Source: Lingula anatina (Eukaryota > Animalia > Brachiopoda). From it: a stretch of 64,000 nucleotides of DNA. The notes beneath the pieces were generated by a model that was not told the DNA's origin, searched no databases, and saw only the letters and a list, made by a program, of their open reading frames with translations. The stretch covers positions 23,752,401 to 23,816,400 of the forward strand of contig CM120641.1 in NCBI GenBank assembly GCA_051362555.1, given 5' to 3'. Within the stretch, counting starts at the first letter, position 1, and every line of letters begins with the position of its first letter. Shown here in pieces: positions 35,501 through 50,500 of this stretch. The translations under genes and the position numbers were made by a program.

Positions 35501-38500
35501 CACACCTGAGAACAGGATTTGGAGAGGGGGGGGGGGTGGAGAGAGTTTTTGCTCTATTTCTTCCTTAATAAAGATACAACCACTCTTTCAGTACTTTACC
35601 CTCACTACAAATGACCAAACACACCTACCTGACACAATATTGAAGAAAAAAAATTTTCATCCCTACCTGGCCAAAATTGAAGAAAACTGCCATATCCGGA
35701 CCTTACAAAAATCACTCAAAATCACCCAAAAATGACCCGTCACCAATTTTTCCAAAAAGTGATGAAAATCAATTTACCACACCTATCATTCATAAAAAAT
35801 GTGGAAACGCACCCGGATCACTTCATTAAAGCCCCCAATTTCAGCTTTAAAGATTGCCAGAAAGCACACCTGAGAACAGGATTTGGAGAGTGGGGGGGTG
35901 GAGAGAGTTTTTGCTCTATTTCTTCCTTACTAATGATACAACCACTCTTTCAGTACTTTACCCTCACTACAAATGACCAAACACACCTACCTGACACAAT
36001 ATTGAAGAAAAAAAATTTTCATCCCTACCTGGCCAAAATTGAAGAAAACTGCCATATCCGGACCTTACGAAAATCACTCAAATTCAACCAAAAATGACCC
36101 GTCACCAATTTTTCCAAAAAGTGATGAAAATCAATTTACCACACCTATCATTCATAAAAAATGTGGAAACGCGCCCGGATCACTACATTAAAGCCCCCAA
36201 TTTCAGCTTTAAAGATTGCAAAAAAGCACACCTGAGAACAGGATTTGGAGAGGGGGGGGTGGAGAGAGTTTTTGCTCTATTTCTTCCTTAATAATGATAC
36301 AACCACTCTTTCAGTACTTTACCCTCACTACAAATGACCAAACACACCTACCTGACACAATATTGAAGAAAAAAAATTTTCATCCCTACCTGGCCAAAAT
36401 TGAAGAAAACTGCCATATCCGGACCTTACGAAAATCACTCAAAATCAACCAAAAATGACCCGTCACCAATTTTTCCAAAAAGTGATGAAAATCAATTTAC
36501 CACACCTATCATTCATAAAAAATGTGGAAACGTGCCCAGATAACTTCATTAAAGCCCCCAATTTCAGCTTTAAAGATTGCCAGAAAGCACACCTGAGAAC
36601 AGGATTTGGAGAGGGGGGGGGGTGGAGAAAGATTTTGCTCTATTTCTTCCTTAATAATGATACAACCACTCTTTCAGTACCTTACCCTCACTACAAATGA
36701 CCAAACACACCTACCTGACACAATATTGAAGAAAAAAATTTTTCATCCCTACCTGGCCAAAATTGAAGAAAACTGCCAAACCCGGACCTTACGAAAATCA
36801 CTCAAAATCACCCAAAAATGACCCGTCACAAATTTTTCCAAAAAGTTATGAAAATCAATTAACCACACCTATCATTCATAAAAAATGTGGAAACGCGCCC
36901 GGATCACTACATTAAAGCCCCCAATTTCAGCTTTAAAGATTGCAAGAAAGCACACGTGAGAACAGGATTTGGAGAGGGGGGGGTGGAGAGAGTTTTTGCT
37001 CTATTTCTTCCTTAATAATGATACAACCACTCTTTCAGTACTTTACCCTCACTACAAATGACCAAACACACCTACCTGACACAATATTGAAGAAAAAAAA
37101 TTTTCATCCCTACCTGGCCAAAATTGAAGAAAACTGCCATATCCGGACCTTACAAAAATCACTCAAAATCACCCAAAAATGACCCGTCACCAATTTTTCC
37201 AAAAAGTGATGAAAATCAATTTACCACACCTATCATTCATAAAAAATGTGGAAACGCACCCGGATCACTTCATTAAAGCCCCCAATTTCAGCTTTAAAGA
37301 TTGCCAGAAAGCACACCTGAGAACAGGATTTGGAGAGTGGGGGGGTGGAGAGAGTTTTTGCTCTATTTCTTCCTTACTAATGATACAACCACTCTTTCAG
37401 TACTTTACCCTCACTACAAATGACCAAACACACCTACCTGACACAATATTGAAGAAAAAAATTTTTCATCCCTACCTGGCCAAAATTGAAGAAAACTGCC
37501 ATATCCGGACCTTACGAAAATCACTCAAATTCACCCAAAAATGACCCGTCACCAATTTTTCCAAAAAGTGATGAAAATCAATTTACCACACCTATCATTC
37601 ATAAAAAATGTGGAAACGCGCCCGGATCACTACATTAAAGCCCCCAATTTCAGCTTTAAAGATTGCAAGAAAGCACACCTGAGAACAGGATTTGGAGAGG
37701 GGGGGGGTGGAGAGAGTTTTTGCTCTATTTCTTCCTTAATAATGATACAACCACTCTTTCAGTACTTTACCCTCACTACAAATGACCAAACACACCTACC
37801 TGACACAATATTGAAGAAAAATAAATTTTCATCCCTACCTGGCCAAAATTGAAGAAAACTGCCATATCCGGACCTTACGAAAATCACTCAAAATCACCCA
37901 AAAATGACCCGTCACAAATATTTCCAAAAAGTGATGAAAATCAATTTACCACACCTATCATTCATAAAAAATGTGGAAACGCGCCCGGATCACTTCATTA
38001 AAGCCCCCAATTTCAGCTTTAAAGATTGCCAGAAAGCACACCTGAGAACAGGATTTGGAGAGTGGGGGGGTGGAGAGAGTTTTTGCTCTATTTCTTCCTT
38101 ACTAATGATACAACCACTCTTTCAGTACTTTACCCTCACTACAAATGACCAAACACACCTACCTGACACAATATTGAAGAAAAACATTTTTCATCCCTAC
38201 CTGGCCAAAATTGAAGAAAACTGCCATATCCGGACGTTACGAAAATCACTCAAAATCACCCAAAAATGACCCGTCACAAATTTTTCCAAAAAGTTATGAA
38301 AATCAATTTACCACACCTATCATTCATAAAAAATGTGGAAACGCGCCCGGATCACTTCATTAAAGCCCCCAATTTCAGCTTTAAAGATTGCCAGAAAGCA
38401 CACCTGAGAACAGGATTTGGAGAGGGGGGGGGGGTGGAGAGAGTTTTTGCTCTATTTCTTCCTTAATAAAGATACAACCACTCTTTCAGTACTTTACCCT

Positions 38501-41500
38501 CACTACAAATGACCAAACACACCTACCTGACACAATATTGAAGAAAAAAAATTTTCATCCCTACCTGGCCAAAATTGAAGAAAACTGCCATATCCGGACC
38601 TTACAAAAATCACTCAAAATCACCCAAAAATGACCCGTCACCAATTTTTCCAAAAAGTGATGAAAATCAATTTACCACACCTATCATTCATAAAAAATGT
38701 GGAAACGCACCCGGATCACTTCATTAAAGCCCCCAATTTCAGCTTTAAAGATTGCCAGAAAGCACACCTGAGAACAGGATTTGGAGAGTGGGGGGGTGGA
38801 GAGAGTTTTTGCTCTATTTCTTCCTTACTAATGATACAACCACTCTTTCAGTACTTTACCCTCACTACAAATGACCAAACACACCTACCTGACACAATAT
38901 TGAAGAAAAAAAATTTTCATCCCTACCTGGCCAAAATTGAAGAAAACTGCCATATCCGGACCTTACGAAAATCACTCAAATTCACCCAAAAATGACCCGT
39001 CACCAATTTTTCCAAAAAGTGATGAAAATCAATTTACCACACCTATCATTCATAAAAAATGTGGAAACGCGCCCGGATCACTACATTAAAGCCCCCAATT
39101 TCAGCTTTAAAGATTGCAAGAAAGCACACCTGAGAACAGGATTTGGAGAGGGGGGGTGGAGAGAGTTTTTGCTCTATTTCTTCCTTAATAATGATACAAC
39201 CACTCTTTCAGTACTTTACCCTCACTACAAATGACCAAACACACCTACCTGACACAATATTGAAGAAAAAAAATTTTCATCCCTACCTGGCCAAAATTGA
39301 AGAAAACTGCCATATCCGGACCTTACGAAAATCACTCAAAATCACCCAAAAATGACCCGTCACCAATTTTTCCAAAAAGTGATGAAAATCAATTTACCAC
39401 ACCTATCATTCATAAAAAATGTGGAAACGTGCCCAGATAACTTCATTAAAGCCCCCAATTTCAGCTTTAAAGATTGCCAGAAAGCACACCTGAGAACAGG
39501 ATTTGGAGAGGGGGGGGGTGGAGAAAGATTTTGCTCTATTTCTTCCTTAATAATGATACAACCACTCTTTCAGTACCTTACCCTCACTACAAATGACCAA
39601 ACACACCTACCTGACACAATATTGAAGAAAAAAAATTTTCATCCCTACCTGGCCAAAATTGAAGAAAACTGCCAAACCCGGACCTTACGAAAATCACTCA
39701 AAATCACCCAAAAATGACCCGTCACAAATTTTTCCAAAAAGTTATGAAAATCAATTAACCACACCTATCATTCATAAAAAATGTGGAAACGCGCCCGGAT
39801 CACTACATTAAAGCCCCCAATTTCAGCTTTAAAGATTGCAAGAAAGCACACCTGAGAACAGGATTTGGAGAGGGGGGGGTGGAGAGAGTTTTTGCTCTAT
39901 TTCTTCCTTAATAATGATACAACCACTCTTTCAGTACTTTACCCTCACTACAAATGACCAAACACACCTACCTGACACAATATTGAAGAAAAAAAATTTT
40001 CATCCCTACCTGGCCAAAATTGAAGAAAACTGCCATATCCGGACCTTACGAAAATCACTCAAAATCAACCAAAAATGACCCGTCACCAATTTTTCCAAAA
40101 AGTGATGAAAATCAATTTACCACACCTATCATTCATAAAAAATGTGGAAACGCGCCCGGATCACTTCATTAAAGCCCCCAATTTCAGCTTTAAAGATTGC
40201 CAGAAAGCACACCTGAGAACAGGATTTGGAGAGTGGGGGGGTGGAGAGAGTTTTTGCTCTATTTCTTCCTTACTAATGATACAACCACTCTTTCAGTACT
40301 TTACCCTCACTACAAATGACCAAACACACCTACCTGACACAATATTGAAGAAAAAAATTTTTCATCCCTACCTGGCCAAAATTGAAGAAAACTGCCATAT
40401 CCGGACCTTACGAAAATCACTCAAATTCACCCAAAAATGACCCGTCACCAATTTTTCCAAAAAGTGATGAAAATCAATTTACCACACCTATCATTCATAA
40501 AAAATGTGGAAACGCGCCCGGATCACTACATTAAAGCCCCCAATTTCAGCTTTAAAGATTGCAAGAAAGCACACCTGAGAACAGGATTTGGAGAGGGGGG
40601 GGTGGAGAGAGTTTTTGCTCTATTTCTTCCTTAATAATGATACAACCACTCTTTCAGTACTTTACCCTCACTACAAATGACCAAACACACCTACCTGACA
40701 CAATATTGAAGAAAAAAAAATTTCATCCCTACCTGGCCAAAATTGAAGAAAACTGCCATATCCGGACCTTACGAAAATCACTCAAAATCACCCAAAAATG
40801 ACCCGTCACAAATTTTTCCAAAAAGTGATGAAAATCAATTTACCACACCTATCATTCATAAAAAATGTGGAAACGCGCCCAGATCACTTCATTAAAGCCC
40901 CCAATTTCAGCTTTAAAGATTGCCAGAAAGCACACCTGAGAACAGGATTTGGAGAGTGGGGGGGTGGAGAGAGTTTTTGCTCTATTTCTTCCTTAATAAT
41001 GATACAACCACTCTTTCAGTACTTTACCCTCACTACAAATGACCAAACACACCTACCTGACACAATATTGAAGAAAAACATTTTTCATCCCTACCTGGCC
41101 AAAATTGAAGAAAACTGCCATATCCGGACCTTACGAAAATCACTCAAAATCACCCAAAAATGACCCGTCACAAATTTTTCCAAAAAGTTATGAAAATCAA
41201 TTTACCACACCTATCATTCATAAAAAATGTGGAAACGCGCCCGGATCACTTCATTAAAGCCCCAAATTTCAGCTTTAAAGATTGCCAGAAAGCACACCTG
41301 AGAACAGGATTAGGAGAGGGGGGGGGGGGTGGAGAGAGTTTTTGCTCTATTTCTTCCTTAATAAAGATACAACCACTATTTCAGTACTTTACGTTCACTA
41401 CAAATGACCAAACACACCTACCTGACACAATATTGAAGAAAAAAAATTTTCATCCCTACCTGGCCAAAATTGAAGAAAACTGCCATATCCGGACCTTACA

Positions 41501-44500
41501 AAAATCACTCAAAATCACCCAAAAATGACCCATCACCAATTTTTCCAAAAAGTGATGAAAATCAATTTACCACACCTATCATTCATAAAAAATGTGGAAA
41601 CGCACCCGGATCACTTCATTAAAGCCCCCAATTTCAGCTTTAAAGATTGCCAGAAAGCACACCTGAGAACAGGATTTGGAGAGTGGGGGGGTGGAGAGAG
41701 TTTTTGCTCTATTTCTTCCTTACTAATGATACAACCACTCTTTCAGTACTTTACCCTCACTACAAATAACCAAACACACCTACCTGACACAATATTGAAG
41801 AAAAAAAATTTTCATCCCTACCTGGCCAAAATTGAAGAAAACTGCCATATCCGGACCTTACGAAAATCACTCAAATTCAACCAAAAATGACCCGTCACCA
41901 ATTTTTCCAAAAAGTGATGAAAATCAATTAACCACACCTATCATTCATAAAAAATGTGGAAACGCGCCCGGATCACTACATTAAAGCCCCCAATTTCAGC
42001 TTTAAAGATTGCAAAAAAGCACACCTGAGAACAGGATTTGGAGAGGGGGGGGTGGAGAGAGTTTTTGCTCTATTTCTTCCTTAATAATGATACAACCACT
42101 CTTTCAGTACTTTACCCTCACTACAAATGACCAAACACACCTACCTGACACAATATTGAAGAAAAAAAATTTTCATCCCTACCTGGCCAAAATTGAAGAA
42201 AACTGCCATATCCGGACCTTACAAAAATCACTCAAAATCACCCAAAAATGACCCGTCACCAATTTTTCCAAAAAGTGATGAAAATCAATTTACCACACCT
42301 ATCATTCATAAAAAATGTGGAAACGAGCCCGGATCACTTCATTAAAGCCCCCAATTTCAGCTTTAAAGATTGCCAGAAAGCACACCTGAGAACAGGATTT
42401 GGAGAGGGGGGGGGGGGTGGAGAGAGTTTTTGCTCTATTTCTTCCTTAATAAAGATACAACCACTCTTTCAGTACTTTACCCTCACTACAAATGACCAAA
42501 CACACCTACCTGACACAATATTGAAGAAAAAAAATTTTCATCCCTACCTGGCCAAAATTGAAGAAAACTGCCTTACAAAAATCACTCAAAATCACCCAAA
42601 AATGACCCGTCACCAATTTTTCCAAAAAGTGATGAAAATCAATTTACCACACCTATCATTCATAAAAAATGTGGAAACGCACCCGGATCACTTCATTAAA
42701 GCCCCCAATTTCAGCTTTAAAGATTGCCAGAAAGCACACCTGAGAACAGGATTTGGAGAGTGGGGGGGTGGAGAGAGTTTTTGCTCTATTTCTTCCTTAC
42801 TAATGATACAACCACTCTTTCAGTACTTTACCCTCACTACAAATGACCAAACACACCTACCTGACACAATATTGAAGAAAAAAAATTTTCATCCCTACCT
42901 GGCCAAAATTGAAGAAAACTGCCATATCCGGACCTTACGAAAATCACTCAAATTCACCCAAAAATGACCCGTCACCAATTTTTCCAAAAAGTGATGAAAA
43001 TCAATTTACCACACCTATCATTCATAAAAAATGTGGAAACGCGCCCGGATCACTACATTAAAGCCCCCAATTTCAGCTTTAAAGATTGCAAGAAAGCACA
43101 CCTGAGAACAGGATTTGGAGAGGGGGGGTGGAGAGAGTTTTTGCTCTATTTCTTCCTTAATAATGATACAACCACTCTTTCAGTACTTTACCCTCACTAC
43201 AAATGACCAAACACACCTACCTGACACAATATTGAAGAAAAAAAATTTTCATCCCTACCTGGCCAAAATTGAAGAAAACTGCCATATCCGGACCTTACGA
43301 AAATCACTCAAAATCAACCAAAAATGACCCGTCACCAATTTTTCCAAAAAGTGATGAAAATCAATTTACCACACCTATCATTCATAAAAAATGTGGAAAC
43401 GTGCCCAGATAACTTCATTAAAGCCCCCAATTTCAGCTTTAAAGATTGCCAGAAAGCACACCTGAGAACAGGATTTGGAGAGGGGGGGGGGGTGGAGAAA
43501 GATTTTGCTCTATTTCTTCCTTAATAATGATACAACCACTCTTTCAGTACCTTACCCTCACTACAAATGACCAAACACACCTACCTGACACAATATTGAA
43601 GAAAAAAATTTTTCATCCCTACCTGGCCAAAATTGAAGAAAACTGCCAAACCCAGACCTTACGAAAATCACTCAAAATCACCCAAAAATGACCCGTCACA
43701 AATTTTTCCAAAAAGTGATGAAAATCAATTTACCACACCTATCATTCATAAAAAATGTGGAAACGCGCCCGGATCACTACATTAAAGCCCCCAATTTCAG
43801 CTTTAAAGATTGCAAGAAAGCACACCTGAGAACAGGATTTGGAGAGGGGGGGGTGGAGAGAGTTTTTGCTCTATTTCTTCCTTAATAATGATACAACCAC
43901 TCTTTCAGTACTTTACCCTCACTACAAATGACCAAACACACCTACCTGACACAATATTGAAGAAAAAAATTTTTCATCCCTACCTGGCCAAAATTGAAGA
44001 AAACTGCCATATCCGGACCTTACGAAAATCACTCAAATTCACCCAAAAATGACCCGTCACCAATTTTTCCAAAAAGTGATGAAAATCAATTTACCACACC
44101 TATCATTCATAAAAAATGTGGAAACGCGCCCGGATCACTACATTAAAGCCACCAATTTCAGCTTTAAAGATTGCAAGAAAGCACACCTGAGAACAGGATT
44201 TGGAGAGGGGGGGGTGGAGAGTTTTTGCTCTATTTCTTCCTTAATAATGATACAACCACTCTTTCAGTACTTTACCCTCACTACAAATGACCAAACACAC
44301 CTACCTGACACAATATTGAAGAAAAAAAATTTTCATCCCTACCTGGCCAAAATTGAAGAAAACTGCCATATCCGGACCTTACGAAAATCACTCAAAATCA
44401 CCCAAAAATGACCCGTCACAAATATTTCCAAAAAGTGATGAAAATCAATTTACCACACCTATCATTCATAAAAAATGTGGAAACGCGCCCGGATCACTTC

Positions 44501-47500
44501 ATTAAAGCCCCCAATTTCAGCTTTAAAGATTGCCAGAAAGCACACCTGAGAACAGGATTTGGAGAGTGGGGGGGTGGAGAGAGTTTTTGCTCTATTTCTT
44601 CCTTAATAAAGATACAACCACTCTTTCAGTACTTTACCCTCACTACAAATGACCAAACACACCTACCTGACACAATATTGAAGAAAAAAAAATTTTCATC
44701 CCTACCTGGCCAAAATTGAAGAAAACTGCCATATCCGGACCTTACAAAAATCACTCAAAATCACCCAAAAATGACCCGTCACCAATTTTTCCAAAAAGTG
44801 ATGAAAATCAATTCACCACACCTATCATTCATAAAAAATGTGGAAACGCACCCGGATCACTTCATTAAAGCCCCAATTTCAGCTTTAAAGATTGCCAGAA
44901 AGCACACCTGAGAACAGGATTTGGAGAGTGGGGGGGTGGAGAGAGTTTTTGCTCTATTTCTTCCTTACTAATGATACAACCACTCTTTCAGTACTTTACC
45001 CTCACTACAAATGACCAAACACACCTACCTGACACAATATTGAAGAAAAAAAATTTTCATCCCTACCTGGCCAAAATTGAAGAAAACTGCCATATCCGGA
45101 CCTTACGAAAATCACTCAAATTCACCCAAAAATGACCCGTCACCAATTTTTCCAAAAAGTGATGAAAATCAATTTACCACACCTATCATTCATAAAAAAT
45201 GTGGAAACGCGCCCGGATCACTACATTAAAGCCCCCAATTTCAGCTTTAAAGATTGCAAGAAAGCACACCTGAGAACAGGATTTGGAGAGGGGGGGGTGG
45301 AGAGAGTTTTTGCTCTATTTCTTCCTTAATAATGATACAACCACTCTTTCAGTACTTTACCCTCACTACAAATGACCAAACACACCTACCTGACACAATA
45401 TTGAAGAAAAAAATTTTTCATCCCTACCTGGCCAAAATTGAAGAAAACTGCCATATCCGGACCTTACGAAAATCACTCAAATTCACCCAAAAATGACCCG
45501 TCACCAATTTTTCCAAAAAGTGATGAAAATCAATTTACCACACCTATCATTCATAAAAAATGTGGAAACGCGCCCGGATCACTACATTAAAGCCACCAAT
45601 TTCAGCTTTAAAGATTGCAAGAAAGCACACCTGAGAACAGGATTTGGAGAGGGGGGGGTGGAGAGTTTTTGCTCTATTTCTTCCTTAATAATGATACAAC
45701 CACTCTTTCAGTACTTTACCCTCACTACAAATGACCAAACACACCTACCTGACACAATATTGAAGAAAAAAAATTTTCATCCCTACCTGGCCAAAATTGA
45801 AGAAAACTGCCATATCCGGACCTTACGAAAATCACTCAAAATCACCCAAAAATGACCCGTCACAAATATTTCCAAAAAGTGATGAAAATCAATTTACCAC
45901 ACCTATCATTCATAAAAAATGTGGAAACGCGCCCGGATCACTTCATTAAAGCCCCCAATTTCAGCTTTAAAGATTGCCAGAAAGCACACCTGAGAACAGG
46001 ATTTGGAGAGTGGGGGGGTGGAGAGAGTTTTTGCTCTATTTCTTCCTTAATAAAGATACAACCACTCTTTCAGTACTTTACCCTCACTACAAATGACCAA
46101 ACACACCTACCTGACACAATATTGAAGAAAAAAAAATTTTCATCCCTACCTGGCCAAAATTGAAGAAAACTGCCATATCCGGACCTTACAAAAATCACTC
46201 AAAATCACCCAAAAATGACCCGTCACCAATTTTTCCAAAAAGTGATGAAAATCAATTCACCACACCTATCATTCATAAAAAATGTGGAAACGCACCCGGA
46301 TCACTTCATTAAAGCCCCAATTTCAGCTTTAAAGATTGCCAGAAAGCACACCTGAGAACAGGATTTGGAGAGTGGGGGGGTGGAGAGAGTTTTTGCTCTA
46401 TTTCTTCCTTACTAATGATACAACCACTCTTTCAGTACTTTACCCTCACTACAAATGACCAAACACACCTACCTGACACAATATTGAAGAAAAAAAATTT
46501 TCATCCCTACCTGGCCAAAATTGAAGAAAACTGCCATATCCGGACCTTACGAAAATCACTCAAATTCACCCAAAAATGACCCGTCACCAATTTTTCCAAA
46601 AAGTGATGAAAATCAATTTACCACACCTATCATTCATAAAAAATGTGGAAACGCGCCCGGATCACTACATTAAAGCCCCTAATTTCAGCTTTAAAGATTG
46701 CAAGAAAGCACACCTGAGAACAGGATTTGGAGAGTGGGGGGGTGGAGAGAGTTTTTGCTCTATTTCTTCCTTACTAATGATACAACCACTCTTTCAGTAC
46801 TTTACCCTCACTACAAATGAACAAACACACCTACCTGACACAATATTGAAGAAAAACATTTTTCATCCCTACCTGGCCAAAATTGAAGAAAACTGCCATA
46901 TCCGGACCTTACGAAAATCACTCAAAATCACCCAAAAATGACCCGTCACCAATTTTTCCAAAAAGTGATGAAAATCAATTTACCACACCTATCATTCATA
47001 AAAAATGTGGAAACGTGCCCAGATAACTTCATTAAAGCCCCCAATTTCAGCTTTAAAGATTGCCAGAAAGCACACCTGAGAACAGGATTTGGAGAGGGGG
47101 GGGGTGGAGAAAGATTTTGCTCTATTTCTTCCTTAATAATGATACAACCACTCTTTCAGTACCTTACCCTCACTACAAATGACCAAACACACCTACCTGA
47201 CACAATATTGAAGAAAAAAAATTTTCATCCCTACCTGGCCAAAATTGAAGAAAACTGCCAAACCCGGACCTTACGAAAATCACTCAAAATCACCCAAAAA
47301 TGACCCGTCACAAATTTTTCCAAAAAGTTATGAAAATCAATTAACCACACCTATCATTCATAAAAAATGTGGAAACGCGCCCGGATCACTACATTAAAGC
47401 CCCCAATTTCAGCTTTAAAGATTGCAAGAAAGCACACCTGAGAACAGGATTTGGAGAGGGGGGGGTGGAGAGAGTTTTTGCTCTATTTCTTCCTTAATAA

Positions 47501-50500
47501 TGATACAACCACTCTTTCAGTACTTTACCCTCACTACAAATGACCAAACACACCTACCTGACACAATATTGAAGAAAAAAAATTTTCATCCCTACCTGGC
47601 CAAAATTGAAGAAAACTGCCATATCCGGACCTTACGAAAATCACTCAAAATCACCCAAAAATGACCCGTCACAAATATTTCCAAAAAGTGATGAAAATCA
47701 ATTTACCACACCTATCATTCATAAAAAATGTGGAAACGCGCCCGGATCACTTCATTAAAGCCCCCAATTTCAGCTTTAAAGATTGCCAGAAAGCACACCT
47801 GAGAACAGGATTTGGAGAGTGGGGGGGTGGAGAGAGTTTTTGCTCTATTTCTTCCTTACTAATGATACAACCACTCTTTCAGTACTTTACCCTCACTACA
47901 AATGACCAAACACACCTACCTGACACAATATTGAAGAAAAACATTTTTCATCCCTACCTGGCCAAAATTGAAGAAAACTGCCATATCCGGACGTTACGAA
48001 AATCACTCAAAATCACCCAAAAATGACCCGTCACAAATTTTTCCAAAAAGTTATGAAAATCAATTTACCACACCTATCATTCATAAAAAATGTGGAAACG
48101 CGCCCGGATCACTTCATTAAAGCCCCCAATTTCAGCTTTAAAGATTGCCAGAAAGCACACCTGAGAACAGGATTTGGAGAGGGGGGGGGGGGGGTGGAGA
48201 GAGTTTTTGCTCTATTTCTTCCTTAATAAAGATACAACCACTCTTTCAGTACTTTACCCTCACTACAAATGACCAAACACACCTACCTGACACAATATTG
48301 AAGAAAAAAAAATTTTCATCCCTACCTGGCCAAAATTGAAGAAAACTGCCATATCCGGACCTTACAAAAATCACTCAAAATCACCCAAAAATGACCCGTC
48401 ACCAATTTTTCCAAAAAGTGATGAAAATCAATTTACCACACCTATCATTCATAAAAAATGTGGAAACGCACCCGGATCACTTCATTAAAGCCCCCAATTT
48501 CAGCTTTAAAGATTGCCAGAAAGCACACCTGAGAACAGGATTTGGAGAGTGGGGGGGTGGAGAGAGTTTTTGCTCTATTTCTTCCTTACTAATGATACAA
48601 CCACTCTTTCAGTACTTTACCCTCACTACAAATGACCAAACACACCTACCTGACACAATATTGAAGAAAAAAAATTTTCATCCCTACCTGGCCAAAATTG
48701 AAGAAAACTGCCATATCCGGACCTTACGAAAATCACTCAAATTCACCCAAAAATGACCCGTCACCAATTTTTCCAAAAAGTGATGAAAATCAATTTACCA
48801 CACCTATCATTCATAAAAAATGTGGAAACGCGCCCGGATCACTACATTAAAGCCCCCAATTTCAGCTTTAAAGATTGCAAGAAAGCACACCTGAGAACAG
48901 GATTTGGAGAGGGGGGGTGGAGAGAGTTTTTGCTCTATTTCTTCCTTAATAATGATACAACCACTCTTTCAGTACTTTACCCTCACTACAAATGACCAAA
49001 CACACCTACCTGACACAATATTGAAGAAAAAAAATTTTCATCCCTACCTGGCCAAAATTGAAGAAAACTGCCATATCCGGACCTTACGAAAATCACTCAA
49101 AATCACCCAAAAATGACCCGTCACCAATTTTTCCAAAAAGTGATGAAAATCAATTTACCACACCTATCATTCATAAAAAATGTGGAAACGTGCCCAGATA
49201 ACTTCATTAAAGCCCCCAATTTCAGCTTTAAAGATTGCCAGAAAGCACACCTGAGAACAGGATTTGGAGAGTGGGGGGGTGGAGAGAGTTTTTGCTCTAT
49301 TTCTTCCTTACTAATGATACAACCACTCTTTCAGTACTTTACCCTCACTACAAATGACCAAACACACCTACCTGACACAATATTGAAGAAAAACATTTTT
49401 CATCCCTACCTGGCCAAAATTGAAGAAAACTGCCATATCCGGACCTTACGAAAATCACTCAAAATCACCCAAAAATGACCCGTCACAAATTTTTCCAAAA
49501 AGTTATGAAAATCAATTTACCACACCTATCATTCATAAAAAATGTGGAAACGCGCCCGGATCACTTCATTAAAGCCCCCAATTTCAGCTTTAAAGATTGC
49601 CAGAAAGCACACCTGAGAACAGGATTAGGAGAGGGGGGGGGTGGAGAGAGTTTTTGCTCTATTTCTTCCTTAATAAAGATACAACCACTATTTCAGTACT
49701 TTACCCTCACTACAAATGACCAAACACACCTACCTGACACAATATTGAAGAAAAAAAATTTTCATCCCTACCTGGCCAAAATTGAAGAAAACTGCCATAT
49801 CCGGACCTTACAAAAATCACTCAAAATCACCCAAAAATGACCCATCACCAATTTTTCCAAAAAGTGATGAAAATCAATTTACCACACCTATCATTCATAA
49901 AAAATGTGGAAACGCACCCGGATCACTTCATTAAAGCCCCCAATTTCAGCTTTAAAGATTGCCAGAAAGCACACCTGAGAACAGGATTTGGAGAGTGGGG
50001 GGGTGGAGAGAGTTTTTGCTCTATTTCTTCCTTACTAATGATACAACCACTCTTTCAGTACTTTACCCTCACTACAAATAACCAAACACACCTACCTGAC
50101 ACAATATTGAAGAAAAAAAATTTTCATCCCTACCTGGCCAAAATTGAAGAAAACTGCCATATCCGGACCTTACGAAAATCACTCAAATTCAACCAAAAAT
50201 GACCCGTCACCAATTTTTCCAAAAAGTGATGAAAATCAATTTACCACACCTATCATTCATAAAAAATGTGGAAACGCGCCCGGATCACTACATTAAAGCC
50301 CCCAATTTCAGCTTTAAAGATTGCAAAAAAGCACACCTGAGAACAGGATTTGGAGAGGGGGGGGTGGAGAGAGTTTTTGCTCTATTTCTTCCTTAATAAT
50401 GATACAACCACTCTTTCAGTACTTTACCCTCACTACAAATGACCAAACACACCTACCTGACACAATATTGAAGAAAAAAATTTTTCATCCCTACCTGGCC

